DNA from: Candidatus Magasanikiibacteriota bacterium
GTDB lineage: Bacteria > Patescibacteriota > Patescibacteriia > Magasanikbacterales > 2-02-FULL-50-9b
Direction: 5' to 3'
Length of the DNA stretch: 64,000 nucleotides
NCBI GenBank assembly: GCA_023246755.1
Contig: JAHFHU010000002.1
Location: 3,702-67,701, forward strand
A program made the translations under genes and the position numbers. Shown here one piece after another: positions 19,098 to 28,808 of the stretch (position 1 is the stretch's first letter; the number at the start of each line of letters is the position of its first letter). The notes under the pieces were generated by a model. It made no database searches. It saw nothing but the letters and a program-made list of their open reading frames with translations, and was not told the origin of the DNA.

Positions 19098-20405
19098 ATG
19101 TCGATCGGTTTATGGGAAACTTCCGCTCATCTTCGGTCATTCCCCCGCGCCATCGCGCACGTTGATGGCGACGCATTTTTTGCGAGTTGTGAAACAGCGC
19201 TACATCCCGAGTTGCGTGGGCGCGTTGTCATAACCGGAAAAGAGCGCGGCATTGTTTCTTCGTTATCATATGAAGCAAAGGCACGTGGCGTTCGACGCGG
19301 CATGGTTTTGCATGAGGTCCGCAAAATTTGTCCGGATGCGGTTATTTTATCGAGCGATTACGAAACCTATTCCCTATTTTCCAAACGCATGTTCGCCATC
19401 ATGCGCCGATTCACCTCGCAAGTTGAGGAATATGGAATTGATGAGGGATTTGCGGATCTGACCGGCATGCAAGGGCCGCTTCATATGTCATACGAAGATA
19501 TTGCGCGTACAATGAAAAGGACAATCGATACGGAGCTGGGTTTTACTGTCTCTGTTGGTTTGGCGCCAACAAAATCACTTGCAAAAATTGCGTCCAAGTG
19601 GCAAAAGCCAAATGGATTTACGAGCGTGCCGGGGCGTGCAATTAAAGACTATTTAGGTGCGCTTGATGTAAGCAAAATTTGGGGAGTTGGCCCGAATACC
19701 GCAAAATACATGTACTCACTCGGAATACATACGGCGCATGATTTTATTTCTAAACCGTTTGAGTATGTTGCGGCGAAATTTAATAAACCACATCAAGAAA
19801 TGTGGCATGAATTAAATGGCAAGTCTGTGTGGCCGATCGTCGCGGAAGAAAAAACAACGTACGCATCAATTTCAAAAACAAAAACTTTCACGCCGCCATC
19901 GAACGATCCAGAATATGTGGTAGCGCAACTCACGCGTAACCTAGAAAACGCGTGCATCAAAGCGCGTCGCCACGGACTCGTCGCGCGCAAACTTGTGGTG
20001 TATTTGCGTACCCAACAATTCGAACACGCTGTCATGGAAGCAAAGATCACGCGCGCATCAAATTTCCCCCACGATTTATTGCCGCACATGCGCACATTGT
20101 GCGCGAAAATTTTTAAACGTGGCACACACTATCGCGCGACCGGAATCGTGCTCGCGGATCTGCAATCAGACACAGCAATCCAATCGTCTTTGTTCGAACC
20201 AGCAATTCAGATGGAAAAATTTCAACGCGTGTATGCGGCGGTTGACGCGCTCGACGAACAATTTGGAAAACACACCGTTCATTTGGGTGGATCCCAAAAA
20301 ACTTTCACACACACGCAACACGCGAGCGATCGCACGAAAAATTTATTTGTCGGAGAAAATGCAGGCCAGCATTTGAATATTCCGAAACTGGTGGTTGTTG
20401 TATAA
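19098..20405 (+). CDS. Y-family translesion DNA polymerase (DinB/UmuC-like), co-transcribed with lexA
   Basis: HVDGDAFFASCE catalytic motif, IDEGFADLTG, and helix-hairpin-helix region. The start codon lies 1 nt after the lexA stop. Confidence 0.85.
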   Translation: MSIGLWETSAHLRSFPRAIAHVDGDAFFASCETALHPELRGRVVITGKERGIVSSLSYEAKARGVRRGMVLHEVRKICPDAVILSSDYETYSLFSKRMFAIMRRFTSQVEEYGIDEGFADLTGMQGPLHMSYEDIARTMKRTIDTELGFTVSVGLAPTKSLAKIASKWQKPNGFTSVPGRAIKDYLGALDVSKIWGVGPNTAKYMYSLGIHTAHDFISKPFEYVAAKFNKPHQEMWHELNGKSVWPIVAEEKTTYASISKTKTFTPPSNDPEYVVAQLTRNLENACIKARRHGLVARKLVVYLRTQQFEHAVMEAKITRASNFPHDLLPHMRTLCAKIFKRGTHYRATGIVLADLQSDTAIQSSLFEPAIQMEKFQRVYAAVDALDEQFGKHTVHLGGSQKTFTHTQHASDRTKNLFVGENAGQHLNIPKLVVVV

Positions 20406-20457
20406 AAAATAAGCCCTACTCACATCGCGGTTGCAATGCTTTCGGGCTTGTTTATGT

Positions 20458-21321
20458 TTATTTTTTGCGTAATTCAAACAGGAGCATCGGCCAGTTCAAT
20501 GAAATGCAACCATCCTCAGCAATGTGGAATCCGAGAATTGATCCAAGATCGCTAATGATTTCAGCTTCCGTTAAATTATATGCATGCAGTGCCTTCATGA
20601 ACAGCGCCATTTCATTAAGCCCACTAAAGTTCCATACGATCGGAACGATTTCAGCGCGTACAAATTCCATGTCCGTGTCTTTGAGAAGTTCGCCGTGCAG
20701 ACGTTCCGGACTCAACCACTTTTCGTCATGACCCGTGAGACAGTGTTTCTTAACCGACTTTTCAAAGTGGAGCGCGAGCGCTGTACCAGCACCCACGTCA
20801 CCCGCAATGAAACGTCCACCACTTTTGAGCAGTTGGCTCACATTCTTAAACATCTCGTGCTGACGGTCCACACCATTTTTATCAGTCACATGGTGGATGC
20901 CGCCATAGCTCGTAACGTAATCAACAGTCCCTACAATTTCCTTGCAGTACCTGTACGTTGCTGCTTTAGAGAGATCTCCATGAACGGTAACAACGCGATT
21001 TTCCGGGCAACGACGCTTCAGCGCACCAAGCTGAATCTCACTCGGATCAATCGCGTAAACACGCGATTGAGACCACTCTGCCAAATGATGAGTCAAGAAT
21101 CCGGTCCCCGCCGCGATATCGATGCCGATTTCATTTTTAGACACACGTAACCATTCGCGCATGTATTCGATGTCCTGATCACGAGCTTTGGGTGCAAGAT
21201 CAAGCGCAAGCCGATACAGCTCGCCACGAATGTTAAAATCTTCTGAATCCTCGATCTTACTAGTCTTTGTGAGTTCAAGAATACGGACGATTTCGTGGTT
21301 GATTTGATCTTTTATGTTCAT
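20458..21321 (-). CDS. class I SAM-dependent methyltransferase
   Basis: IDIAAGTGFLTHHL (motif I), VTVHGDL, and GGRFIAGDV. Start set at the internal ATG (21321) with SD AGAGG. Confidence 0.65.
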   Translation of the reverse strand: MNIKDQINHEIVRILELTKTSKIEDSEDFNIRGELYRLALDLAPKARDQDIEYMREWLRVSKNEIGIDIAAGTGFLTHHLAEWSQSRVYAIDPSEIQLGALKRRCPENRVVTVHGDLSKAATYRYCKEIVGTVDYVTSYGGIHHVTDKNGVDRQHEMFKNVSQLLKSGGRFIAGDVGAGTALALHFEKSVKKHCLTGHDEKWLSPERLHGELLKDTDMEFVRAEIVPIVWNFSGLNEMALFMKALHAYNLTEAEIISDLGSILGFHIAEDGCISLNWPMLLFELRKK

Positions 21322-21445
21322 AATAACCTCTATGAAAGTTCGATTGCTGATTTTGCTTTGGTAAAGAGCTGTGTTCTCGTCACTCTCGATCATCACCTTT
21401 CGGGTTTCTCACTGTGACTAAGCACAATAACACGAAAATACTAAT

Positions 21446-21477
21446 TTGTCAATAGTATTTGGCTAATATATTGACAA
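21446..21477. promoter_or_regulatory. inverted-repeat operator TTGTCAATAgTA…TAtaTTGACAA overlapping the -35 of the TrmB-paralog promoter
   Basis: The 9-bp arms TTGTCAATA / TATTGACAA are separated by 14 bp. The right arm contains the -35 TTGACA. Confidence 0.45.
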
Positions 21478-21499
21478 AAATCAGTAATGCGTATATAAT
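21471..21499 (+). promoter_or_regulatory. perfect consensus promoter TTGACA-17-TATAAT for the TrmB-family gene
   Basis: taTTGACAaaaatcagtaatgcgtaTATAATtt. ATG at 21529. Confidence 0.65.
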
Positions 21500-21528
21500 T
21501 TATGTACGTTTAAATTTCAACAAACGCT

Positions 21529-22341
21529 ATGCTAAGCCAAAAAGAATTGCAAGAAATCTTATACGAATCCCTCGTGGAACTTGGACTTACTGAAAACGAA
21601 CGGGGTTTATACACACTCTCGCTGTCACTCGGTCCCGCAACTCTGACAAAGCTCGCTGAAATCATGGGGATGCCACGACCGAATGTGTACAAGGTAATCG
21701 AAGGACTCGAATCAAAAGGCTTGGCAAAATTTAGCGAACGCAAAAAATTTGCGCGCACATTTATAGTCGAAGCACCAACAACTATCACTGAACTTCTTCG
21801 CCACAAACACGAAAAAATTACGCGGTTTTGCACGCGTGTGACGCACGCGATGCCGGACTTGCTCGCAATGTATTCGCAAGGTGAATTACCAACAACTATC
21901 AAAGTGCTTCAAGGAACCGACGCATATCTTAATGTGTTTTATCAAATTCTTGATGAAGAAAAAACGTGCATTGATTTTTGTGGATCAGTTCAAGATTATT
22001 TGGAATTTTTGCCACAAGCCGACCAAGAACGTTGGACAAAAAAACGTGTTGCGCGTGGAACGCGTGTACGCGTGCTTTCGCTCCCGAGCCAAGAAACCGA
22101 ACGAATTGCATCTGTAGCACAACAGCAACTTCGCGAAATTAAATATTTGCCACCTGACAAAAAATTTGAAACTGCTTTTCAATTATTTGGAAATAAAGTC
22201 GTCGTGTGGCAACCGCGTGCTCCGCTCGCACTGCTTATTGAAGATCAATACATTGTAAAAATGCTGCGCATGCTGTTTGAAACAATGTGGGAACATGCCG
22301 AAAAAAATAAAACGGTACAGACGCAGAGAGCGACGCCGTGA
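21529..22341 (+). CDS. TrmB-family transcriptional regulator
   Basis: N-terminal winged-helix region (LYTLSLSLGPATLTKLAEIMGMPRPNVYKVIEGLESKGL) plus TrmB-type C-terminal domain. Confidence 0.75.
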   Translation: MLSQKELQEILYESLVELGLTENERGLYTLSLSLGPATLTKLAEIMGMPRPNVYKVIEGLESKGLAKFSERKKFARTFIVEAPTTITELLRHKHEKITRFCTRVTHAMPDLLAMYSQGELPTTIKVLQGTDAYLNVFYQILDEEKTCIDFCGSVQDYLEFLPQADQERWTKKRVARGTRVRVLSLPSQETERIASVAQQQLREIKYLPPDKKFETAFQLFGNKVVVWQPRAPLALLIEDQYIVKMLRMLFETMWEHAEKNKTVQTQRATP

Positions 22342-22363
22342 ATTTTTCCATGATATATACCTC

Positions 22364-23116
22364 CTAGATCTTTTTTCGTTTGTTGTACCGCATTCTTGGC
22401 CCGATAAATTTTCCCCACGTTCGCACACGTCGCCACAGTGGCGCGTACACATCTTCGCGCGGATCAATGTACAATTCTTTTTTGTCGACCTCCTCCACCC
22501 ATTCGACCGGTGCGTTTTTGATAATTGCCAGCGGCTGCGATTCGTTGCCTTCGCCCATCACGAGCACTGCCGCAGTTGCGAGACTGTCTGCAACATCGGT
22601 GCGCGAGTATGACATCACGCGTCCGTTCAAGTCCTGTGTACCGCGATATTCGCGAATGCCGCTGATCCCCGCATATCCCAACGCAATCCCGACAACGCCC
22701 GCACGCAGCGGAAGCAACCGACTGTCGGTTATGATCACGCCAAGTTTCTTGACGCCGTAGTGCGCGCAAAGCGCCGCGCGAATTTTTTCCGCTGACGCAT
22801 AACTGTCGCGCGGCAACAACACCAACCCACCGTGCGCATTCGACTCATCAACTCCGGCCGACCCAAGAATTGTGCCGTCTTTAATCGTGAGCCAGCAATA
22901 TTTTGTTTTCATCTGCCAATCGGATTCTTCGCGCACGAGTTCTGCTTTACGGCGCGCACTTGCGCTCGGCACCCACCGACCTTCGGCATACGCAACAATT
23001 TTTGACGTAACAACAACGATAATTTTTTCCTGCAATTTCGGAATGTGCATGATGATGTGCTTCATAAGATCGTCGCCGACCCGTACGACTGATGTCTTGA
23101 TAGGATTTACAATCAT
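22364..23116 (-). CDS. CofE-like gamma-glutamyl ligase family protein (F420-0:gamma-glutamyl ligase fold)
   Basis: GSAGVDESNAHGG…ITDSRLLPLRAGVVGIALGYAGI…GTQDLNGR resembles the CofE family. Confidence 0.45.
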   Translation of the reverse strand: MIVNPIKTSVVRVGDDLMKHIIMHIPKLQEKIIVVVTSKIVAYAEGRWVPSASARRKAELVREESDWQMKTKYCWLTIKDGTILGSAGVDESNAHGGLVLLPRDSYASAEKIRAALCAHYGVKKLGVIITDSRLLPLRAGVVGIALGYAGISGIREYRGTQDLNGRVMSYSRTDVADSLATAAVLVMGEGNESQPLAIIKNAPVEWVEEVDKKELYIDPREDVYAPLWRRVRTWGKFIGPRMRYNKRKKI

Positions 23117-23276
23117 AATTTGTGATTTGAGGAATTAAAAAAGCCGCCCGAAAGGCGGCCGCTGCGCGAAACGTCGGCGCAACAACAATCACCTCTCGTT
23201 TAAATGTGGAGGTTGTGTACAAAGCCTGACCATGTTTGAAAATTTTTCCTGATCAACATAATAAAGGTGGTTGTGC

Positions 23277-23513
23277 TCACACGCGCGCAGCGTTGGCTAG
23301 AAATTTTGCACGATGTTTTTTCAAAAAATTAAAGTGGTCACTAGCGTTAAGCAAAATTGCGTATGCGGGAATTCGCCACAACGAAACTTGCACAATTAAA
23401 TCACCAAACTCAACAGCATCATCGTATTTCAACGAATTAATCTTCCACGAAAGCACGTCGCCTTCGGGATCGTATTTAATGTGTCGCGTAAAAATGATTT
23501 GTTTATCGTTCAT
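23277..23513 (-). CDS. small hypothetical protein (78 aa)
   Basis: It reads more protein-like than the overlapping plus-strand ORF. A minus-strand hairpin plus U-run (23144-23169) lies downstream. Confidence 0.3.
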   Translation of the reverse strand: MNDKQIIFTRHIKYDPEGDVLSWKINSLKYDDAVEFGDLIVQVSLWRIPAYAILLNASDHFNFLKKHRAKFLANAARV

Positions 23514-23864
23514 ATTGTTTGCGTCTTCCCACGTATGTGGTAATTACCAAAATGTAGTTAAACTCACACCTGTATACTACCCGAAGCACATGAAATTCGT
23601 CAATTGGTCGTTGCGCGATAATTTGTGGGTGCCGCGAGGCGGTATCAACTCGTTCGGGTGACTCCAGCACTTTTTGTATCAAAACTTGGGTAACACAAAA
23701 GCCCAGTAGATTTGTTTCTTGAATACTTTCTTGTGCATGTGTGGTGTACCGAATAATCATCTACCACTGGGTTCCACAAACAAAAAATTTTGTCAAGCTC
23801 AGTGTGGTGGAAAACCTGTGCATAATTGACGCCACCACACAAAACAACTACACTAAAAAAATCT

Positions 23865-24470
23865 ATGGATAAAATTCAAAAAAATAATCGCAACTTTTAC
23901 GACTCACACGCCCAAAAATGGAGCGCGAACAAAACGTCCTCATTTTTTGAAGAAAAAGAATTCACCATTTTTGCAAAATATTTCTCTACGGGCGACACTA
24001 TCATTGACATTGGATGCGGACACGGCCGCTCTATTCCATTATTTCTTGGTATCGGACATAAACTTCGATATTTTGGTATCGACATTAGTAAAAAAATAAT
24101 GAGAATTGCAGCGCGTCGTTATCCGCAGCTAAAATTTCAATACACCGATCTAACAGATGCAAAAACATTGCCACGCAAAAAGTTTGATGGGTTTTGGGCT
24201 AACGCAAGTTTACAGCATATTCCGTTTGAACACTGGCCACTTGCGTGGAAAAATATTCGATCATTCAGTAAGCCGCGTGCTGTCGGCTACATTAAAATTC
24301 CCGAAGATCTTATGTCAGCGACAGATGAAGATCCGCGGCATTTCACAATACTGACTGATAAAAAGTTTCATGAATTCTGCAAGGCGAATAAAATTAATAT
24401 CCTAAAATCTGGTTTGAGTTCAACGGGTGAAAAAAAGCATGTGTGGCGGTGGTATATTATTCGGATGTGA
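23865..24470 (+). CDS. class I SAM-dependent methyltransferase (Methyltransf_11/25-like)
   Basis: IIDIGCGHGRSI motif I, and FGIDIS…FDGFWANASLQHI. Start at internal ATG 23865. Confidence 0.65.
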   Translation: MDKIQKNNRNFYDSHAQKWSANKTSSFFEEKEFTIFAKYFSTGDTIIDIGCGHGRSIPLFLGIGHKLRYFGIDISKKIMRIAARRYPQLKFQYTDLTDAKTLPRKKFDGFWANASLQHIPFEHWPLAWKNIRSFSKPRAVGYIKIPEDLMSATDEDPRHFTILTDKKFHEFCKANKINILKSGLSSTGEKKHVWRWYIIRM

Positions 24471-24721
24471 CAGATTTCCACGAACGCGTGCTCGCCGTAG
24501 TTGCTAAAATTCAGCGCGGCCGCACGATGACCTACAAAGAAGTTGCGGCTGCGGCCGGTTCGCCCCATGCAGCGCGCGCCGTTGGTTCGATTATGAAGTC
24601 AAATTATAACCCAAACATTCCGTGTCATCGCGTCGTGCGCAGCGACGGCACGGCGGGGAGATATAATCGCGGCGACGAAAATAAAATTAAAATTTTGAAG
24701 GAGGAAGGTGCGCTGAAATGA
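24443..24721 (+). CDS. methylated-DNA-protein-cysteine methyltransferase DNA-binding/active-site domain (short MGMT/Ogt-like)
   Basis: TYKEVAAAAGSPHAARAVGSIMKSNYNPNIPCHRVV carries the PCHRV active-site cysteine motif. Confidence 0.7.
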   Translation: MAVVYYSDVTDFHERVLAVVAKIQRGRTMTYKEVAAAAGSPHAARAVGSIMKSNYNPNIPCHRVVRSDGTAGRYNRGDENKIKILKEEGALK

Positions 24722-24749
24722 GACAACAAAAAGCCAACTCCCTCAATTA

Positions 24750-26651
24750 TCACTTCACGAGCGGCAAAAATAGCGCGCTTGGAACTACAAATTTTCCAGT
24801 CACGCAATTATTTTCGTACGATTTTTCCGTGAAAACTTTTTGCTCATTCACGCACACTTTAATTGAATGTTCGCCTGCGGTAAAATTTGTCGGCACGTCA
24901 CCCGAAAGATTAAAGTTCACAACACCATCTTTCTTTTCACCACCCGAATCATGCGCGCGGAACAAACTAAGCTCATCCGACTCATCGAAATATCCGACTG
25001 CATCAAACTTAATATTAGGCACTGATGCGTCGCCAACATTTCTGAACTTCGCACTCACGCGCAAAAAATTTCCACCAGTAATCGTTGATTTCGTCAGTGT
25101 TGTGCTGATGCTAGACCACGCAATATCCGGCTGAGGCTCTGCGATGGGCTCCGGAATTTCGATTTCTGTTTCTGCACAATTATTTTCAAAATTTGTTTCT
25201 TTGATTATTTCGTTTGGATTCAAACAGACCTTAATGGTGTGTGTGCCCGGTTCTGTAAGCGCGGTATTCGGCACCACAAACACAACCGCTGATTGTTTGT
25301 CTGCAGTCAATAATTTAAATTTCGGAACAACAATCGTTTCTGCCTCATTTGCTCCGTCAAAATAAATTGCAACATCTGGATTTTGTTTTGCATCTCCCGC
25401 ACCGATATTTGCTGTTGTAAATTTAAATCCAAGCGCTGTCGGCTTCACCGTAACTTCAAAAAATGGAATTGAAAAATCAGGATCGGGCGCGCCCAGCACT
25501 TCAAACTCAACATCAACACAATTATTTTCAACATTGCCTTCATCAATAATTTTCTTGGACACACTTGATTGATTTGCACATACCGTTGCCTGATACATGC
25601 CTGCCTCAATTGCAGGTATCTCAAAATAATTTACTAGTTTTATTTTTTTACCCGCCACAAGCGCCATCGGTTTTTGTGTTACAAACGTTAAATTCTTTCC
25701 TAAACTTTCGATAAAAATATTTGATGCGGGAACTTTTGTAACATCCGCCGCTCCCTGATTTGCAAGTTCTGTTACGATTTTTATTGTGGTTTGCCCGCCA
25801 TTTGCAGAATTAACTGCTGTCACCACAGGATCAACCAAAACTAAATCAGGTTGTGGTGGCGGAGAAACGAACAACGACAGCTCAAGACAATTATTTTCAA
25901 TCGATGATTCGGCAACATAATTTTTGCCACCCCATGCATTGATACAAATTTTTGTAGGATACGATCCCGCATCAACGTGTGGAATTTTAAATGTGTAAAT
26001 TTGTGTAATTGAAGCGCCCGCAATCAAACCAAGAGAACCCTTTGGTTCAAAGAAAAAAACTTTCGGAAAAACATCAGACTCGACTCCGAGCTTTGGTAAT
26101 TGCACAACATCGGCTGGCCCATCGTTGCGAACTGTTACAACCAATTTAATTTCAGAATTTTTTCCGTAATTCATGTCACTTATTTTAAACATTGACGCGC
26201 TATCAACTGACAAATCCGCAAGTGGCGCTGGCGGAATTACAATTTCAGTTGAACTGCAATTGTTTGTGTAGTCCGATTCTTTAACAGATTTTTTCTCGTT
26301 CAAACAAACCTTAAGTGTGTAAGTTCCGGATTGATACACACCATTGATCGACTTACCGATTTGAATTGTGTCCCCCGCTTTGAGCGTTGCGTACATCGCG
26401 AGATTCAACCCAATTGGATAATTTTCCAGGTAAACCGTTGTGAGTCCGATTGATTTTGCAGCTGCACTTCCATTATTAGCGAGCTTAACTTTCACCGAAA
26501 TATTTTGGACACCCGCAGTCCACGGTGTTACATTTGCCTGAACCTCGCTGATTGAAAGGTCGGGCGACTTTCCGGCGGCATGTGCGGCAGTTGCTGGAAA
26601 CAATACTGCAAAAACGATGACGAATAAAAATGTATAGCGCATAAAATTCAT
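24750..26651 (-). CDS. secreted protein with ~5 CARDB-like repeats ending in conserved ENNC motifs
   Basis: Signal peptide. Repeats of ~120 aa each end in TNNCSS, IENNCLE, VENNCVD, FENNCAE or YENNCVT. Beta-rich. Consistent with the CARDB cell-adhesion domain. Confidence 0.5.
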   Translation of the reverse strand: MNFMRYTFLFVIVFAVLFPATAAHAAGKSPDLSISEVQANVTPWTAGVQNISVKVKLANNGSAAAKSIGLTTVYLENYPIGLNLAMYATLKAGDTIQIGKSINGVYQSGTYTLKVCLNEKKSVKESDYTNNCSSTEIVIPPAPLADLSVDSASMFKISDMNYGKNSEIKLVVTVRNDGPADVVQLPKLGVESDVFPKVFFFEPKGSLGLIAGASITQIYTFKIPHVDAGSYPTKICINAWGGKNYVAESSIENNCLELSLFVSPPPQPDLVLVDPVVTAVNSANGGQTTIKIVTELANQGAADVTKVPASNIFIESLGKNLTFVTQKPMALVAGKKIKLVNYFEIPAIEAGMYQATVCANQSSVSKKIIDEGNVENNCVDVEFEVLGAPDPDFSIPFFEVTVKPTALGFKFTTANIGAGDAKQNPDVAIYFDGANEAETIVVPKFKLLTADKQSAVVFVVPNTALTEPGTHTIKVCLNPNEIIKETNFENNCAETEIEIPEPIAEPQPDIAWSSISTTLTKSTITGGNFLRVSAKFRNVGDASVPNIKFDAVGYFDESDELSLFRAHDSGGEKKDGVVNFNLSGDVPTNFTAGEHSIKVCVNEQKVFTEKSYENNCVTGKFVVPSALFLPLVK

Positions 26652-26671
26652 TTTATATAGTGTAGCACAAT

Positions 26672-27745
26672 TTAAATAAAGCATTTTTCCCATCCACGCA
26701 AATAGTCAGTCAAATACGCGGATTTACTTGGTAGTTGCGGTAAAATTTCCTGCACACAAACCCCACCCATCAAAATCCGTTCAACCGCAACGCAAAGCGC
26801 CGCGCCATCACCGACTGGAATAATCAAGCCGTTTTCACCATCACGAACAATCTCAGGGGCAACACCAACATCCGTAGTTATAATTGGAGTGCCGGCCGCA
26901 GCCGCCTCAACGATGGTGCGGCCATAACCTTCGTAGAGCGAGGTGTTGAGAAAAATGTCCGCGCCTTTGATATGTGGCACGACATCCGGCATCCAGCCAA
27001 GTGTACGCACAAACGAAAATTTTTCAAGCATTGTGCGCTCTGGCCCATCGCCCAAAATAATAATACCGACATCGGTGTGGTTTTTAATAATCGGTGCAAG
27101 CACGTTACACGCCCACGCAATTTGCTTTTCGTGTGTCAACCGCGATGCCATCAGAATAATTTTTTTGAATTGCGGAAAACGCGAATGAAGATCGATTGCA
27201 TCCGTCGTGACAATCGCTGCAACATCAACAAATATTGGAAGCACAGAAATTTTTTCCGTGGGCACACGTGTTACAATTGTTTTTTTGATTCGCTCACTCA
27301 CGACACGAACGCCATCTGCATATTTTAAAATTCGCCGCGCAATAAAATTTCGAATTCGATTTTTTATCGATTCATTGATGAAAAATTTATTTTCAAAATC
27401 CGTATGAATTTGCAATTGTAATTTGGTACCAAACTTTTTTTTCAAAAAAACGCCGATCAGCCCCAACTCAAATGGATCCTGACAACTGATAAGCATTTCT
27501 GTGCCACGTGCGGCGATGGTGCGGGCCACAATTTTGTATGCATCAAATACACGCTGCAATTTTTTTTCTGAATTTGTTGGATAGACATGAAGGTTTGTAT
27601 CATGAATTTCGATGCCGGATTTTTTCCCGCACAAAATCACGATGTGCAATTCTGCAACAAGCCCTGCATATTCACGCATCCGGATGTATGCCGCTGACCC
27701 AATTTCCAGTATATTCGTGTCTGTACTCAACATCAGAACCTTCAT
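26672..27745 (-). CDS. GT4-family glycosyltransferase
   Basis: C-terminal motif EGYGRTIVEAAAAGTPIITTDVG (E-x7-E GT1/GT4 signature). Confidence 0.75.
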   Translation of the reverse strand: MKVLMLSTDTNILEIGSAAYIRMREYAGLVAELHIVILCGKKSGIEIHDTNLHVYPTNSEKKLQRVFDAYKIVARTIAARGTEMLISCQDPFELGLIGVFLKKKFGTKLQLQIHTDFENKFFINESIKNRIRNFIARRILKYADGVRVVSERIKKTIVTRVPTEKISVLPIFVDVAAIVTTDAIDLHSRFPQFKKIILMASRLTHEKQIAWACNVLAPIIKNHTDVGIIILGDGPERTMLEKFSFVRTLGWMPDVVPHIKGADIFLNTSLYEGYGRTIVEAAAAGTPIITTDVGVAPEIVRDGENGLIIPVGDGAALCVAVERILMGGVCVQEILPQLPSKSAYLTDYLRGWEKCFI

Positions 27746-28749
27746 ATTTTTCGAACAATTATTAACAATTCATCCGCAATTTGTCCCCAGCTGTGGGTAA
27801 AATCATAACTTCGAACTTGCGCTCGCACGCGTGCATAATTGACGTCATCCACGAGCCACAAAATTTTTGCGGTCATATCATCGATAGACAGTGGATCACA
27901 CAACACCCCAACATTTTTTAATTTTTCCGCGAAACCTGATTCACGCGTCAAAATGAATGGCTTATTGCAACGAATCGCATCGAGAATTACATGTGGCGAA
28001 ACTTCGCCGAGTGACGGCATCACAACCGCATAACACGTTTCAATTTTTTTCATCAACGCATCATGCGAAAGTATGTGGCATGTCTCGAGCGAAATTTCAG
28101 GTTTTATTTCTTGCGCCGCTGCGAACGCTTTTTTAAAAGCTGAAATATTTTTATACACGATGTCACGCGTTGCAAAAATAAAATTTTTTGTAACCATGGG
28201 CTTATCACAAATTTTTTTATCAAAACGATTTTCAACGATAAAAATTTTCTGCGCCGCCAAATTATAAGGCTGCAAAAAAATATCACGCTGCCACTCTGTT
28301 GAAAATATAAGCGCGCTTACATTGCGCAGTGTCCACCGCGTCAACGCAAAAATTATTTTTTCTTTGCGTGAAAATGCGCGCGGCTCTAAATAAAATTTTG
28401 AGAGTAAAATCGATTCACCGGTGCGTTCAACAAATTGTTCGTATAAGAAATCACCGCCCGTGCGCAAAATAATTTTTCGGCCGAAAATTTTTGCTGCAAC
28501 CGTTGCGGGCCAACCAACGCTGAACGTGTCGAGCGCCACAACAAAATCCGCAGGTGCGATTCTCGACGCGACGCGCAAAAAATACAAAAAATGACGCGCA
28601 GCCGCAGGTAAGGCGCGCTCAAGCCGTCCGTACGTGACGACCGAAACGTGATGGCCACGCGCACCAAATTCGGCCTCCAACGCGGCCGCGTATTGTGCAG
28701 GCCCGCTGGTTGCCGGCGGGTAGATGCCGGTTGCGATACAAATTCGCAT
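27742..28749 (-). CDS. GT4-family glycosyltransferase
   Basis: N-terminal IYPPATSGPAQY (GT4 N-domain), C-terminal nucleotide-sugar binding fold. Overlaps the downstream GT4 gene by 4 nt. Confidence 0.7.
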   Translation of the reverse strand: MRICIATGIYPPATSGPAQYAAALEAEFGARGHHVSVVTYGRLERALPAAARHFLYFLRVASRIAPADFVVALDTFSVGWPATVAAKIFGRKIILRTGGDFLYEQFVERTGESILLSKFYLEPRAFSRKEKIIFALTRWTLRNVSALIFSTEWQRDIFLQPYNLAAQKIFIVENRFDKKICDKPMVTKNFIFATRDIVYKNISAFKKAFAAAQEIKPEISLETCHILSHDALMKKIETCYAVVMPSLGEVSPHVILDAIRCNKPFILTRESGFAEKLKNVGVLCDPLSIDDMTAKILWLVDDVNYARVRAQVRSYDFTHSWGQIADELLIIVRKI

Positions 28750-28808
28750 ATATGAGGCATCTTACTGCAATTGCCCCATAAAATCAAGGCTGGTATACTG
28801 GCCGCCAT

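Noticed and set aside
23144-23169. minus-strand hairpin plus U-run read as a terminator for the 78-aa ORF
   Set aside because: It lies only ~25 nt upstream of the CofE-like gene start on the same strand, leaving no room for that gene's promoter. It may be an attenuator or coincidental, so it is not listed as a feature.
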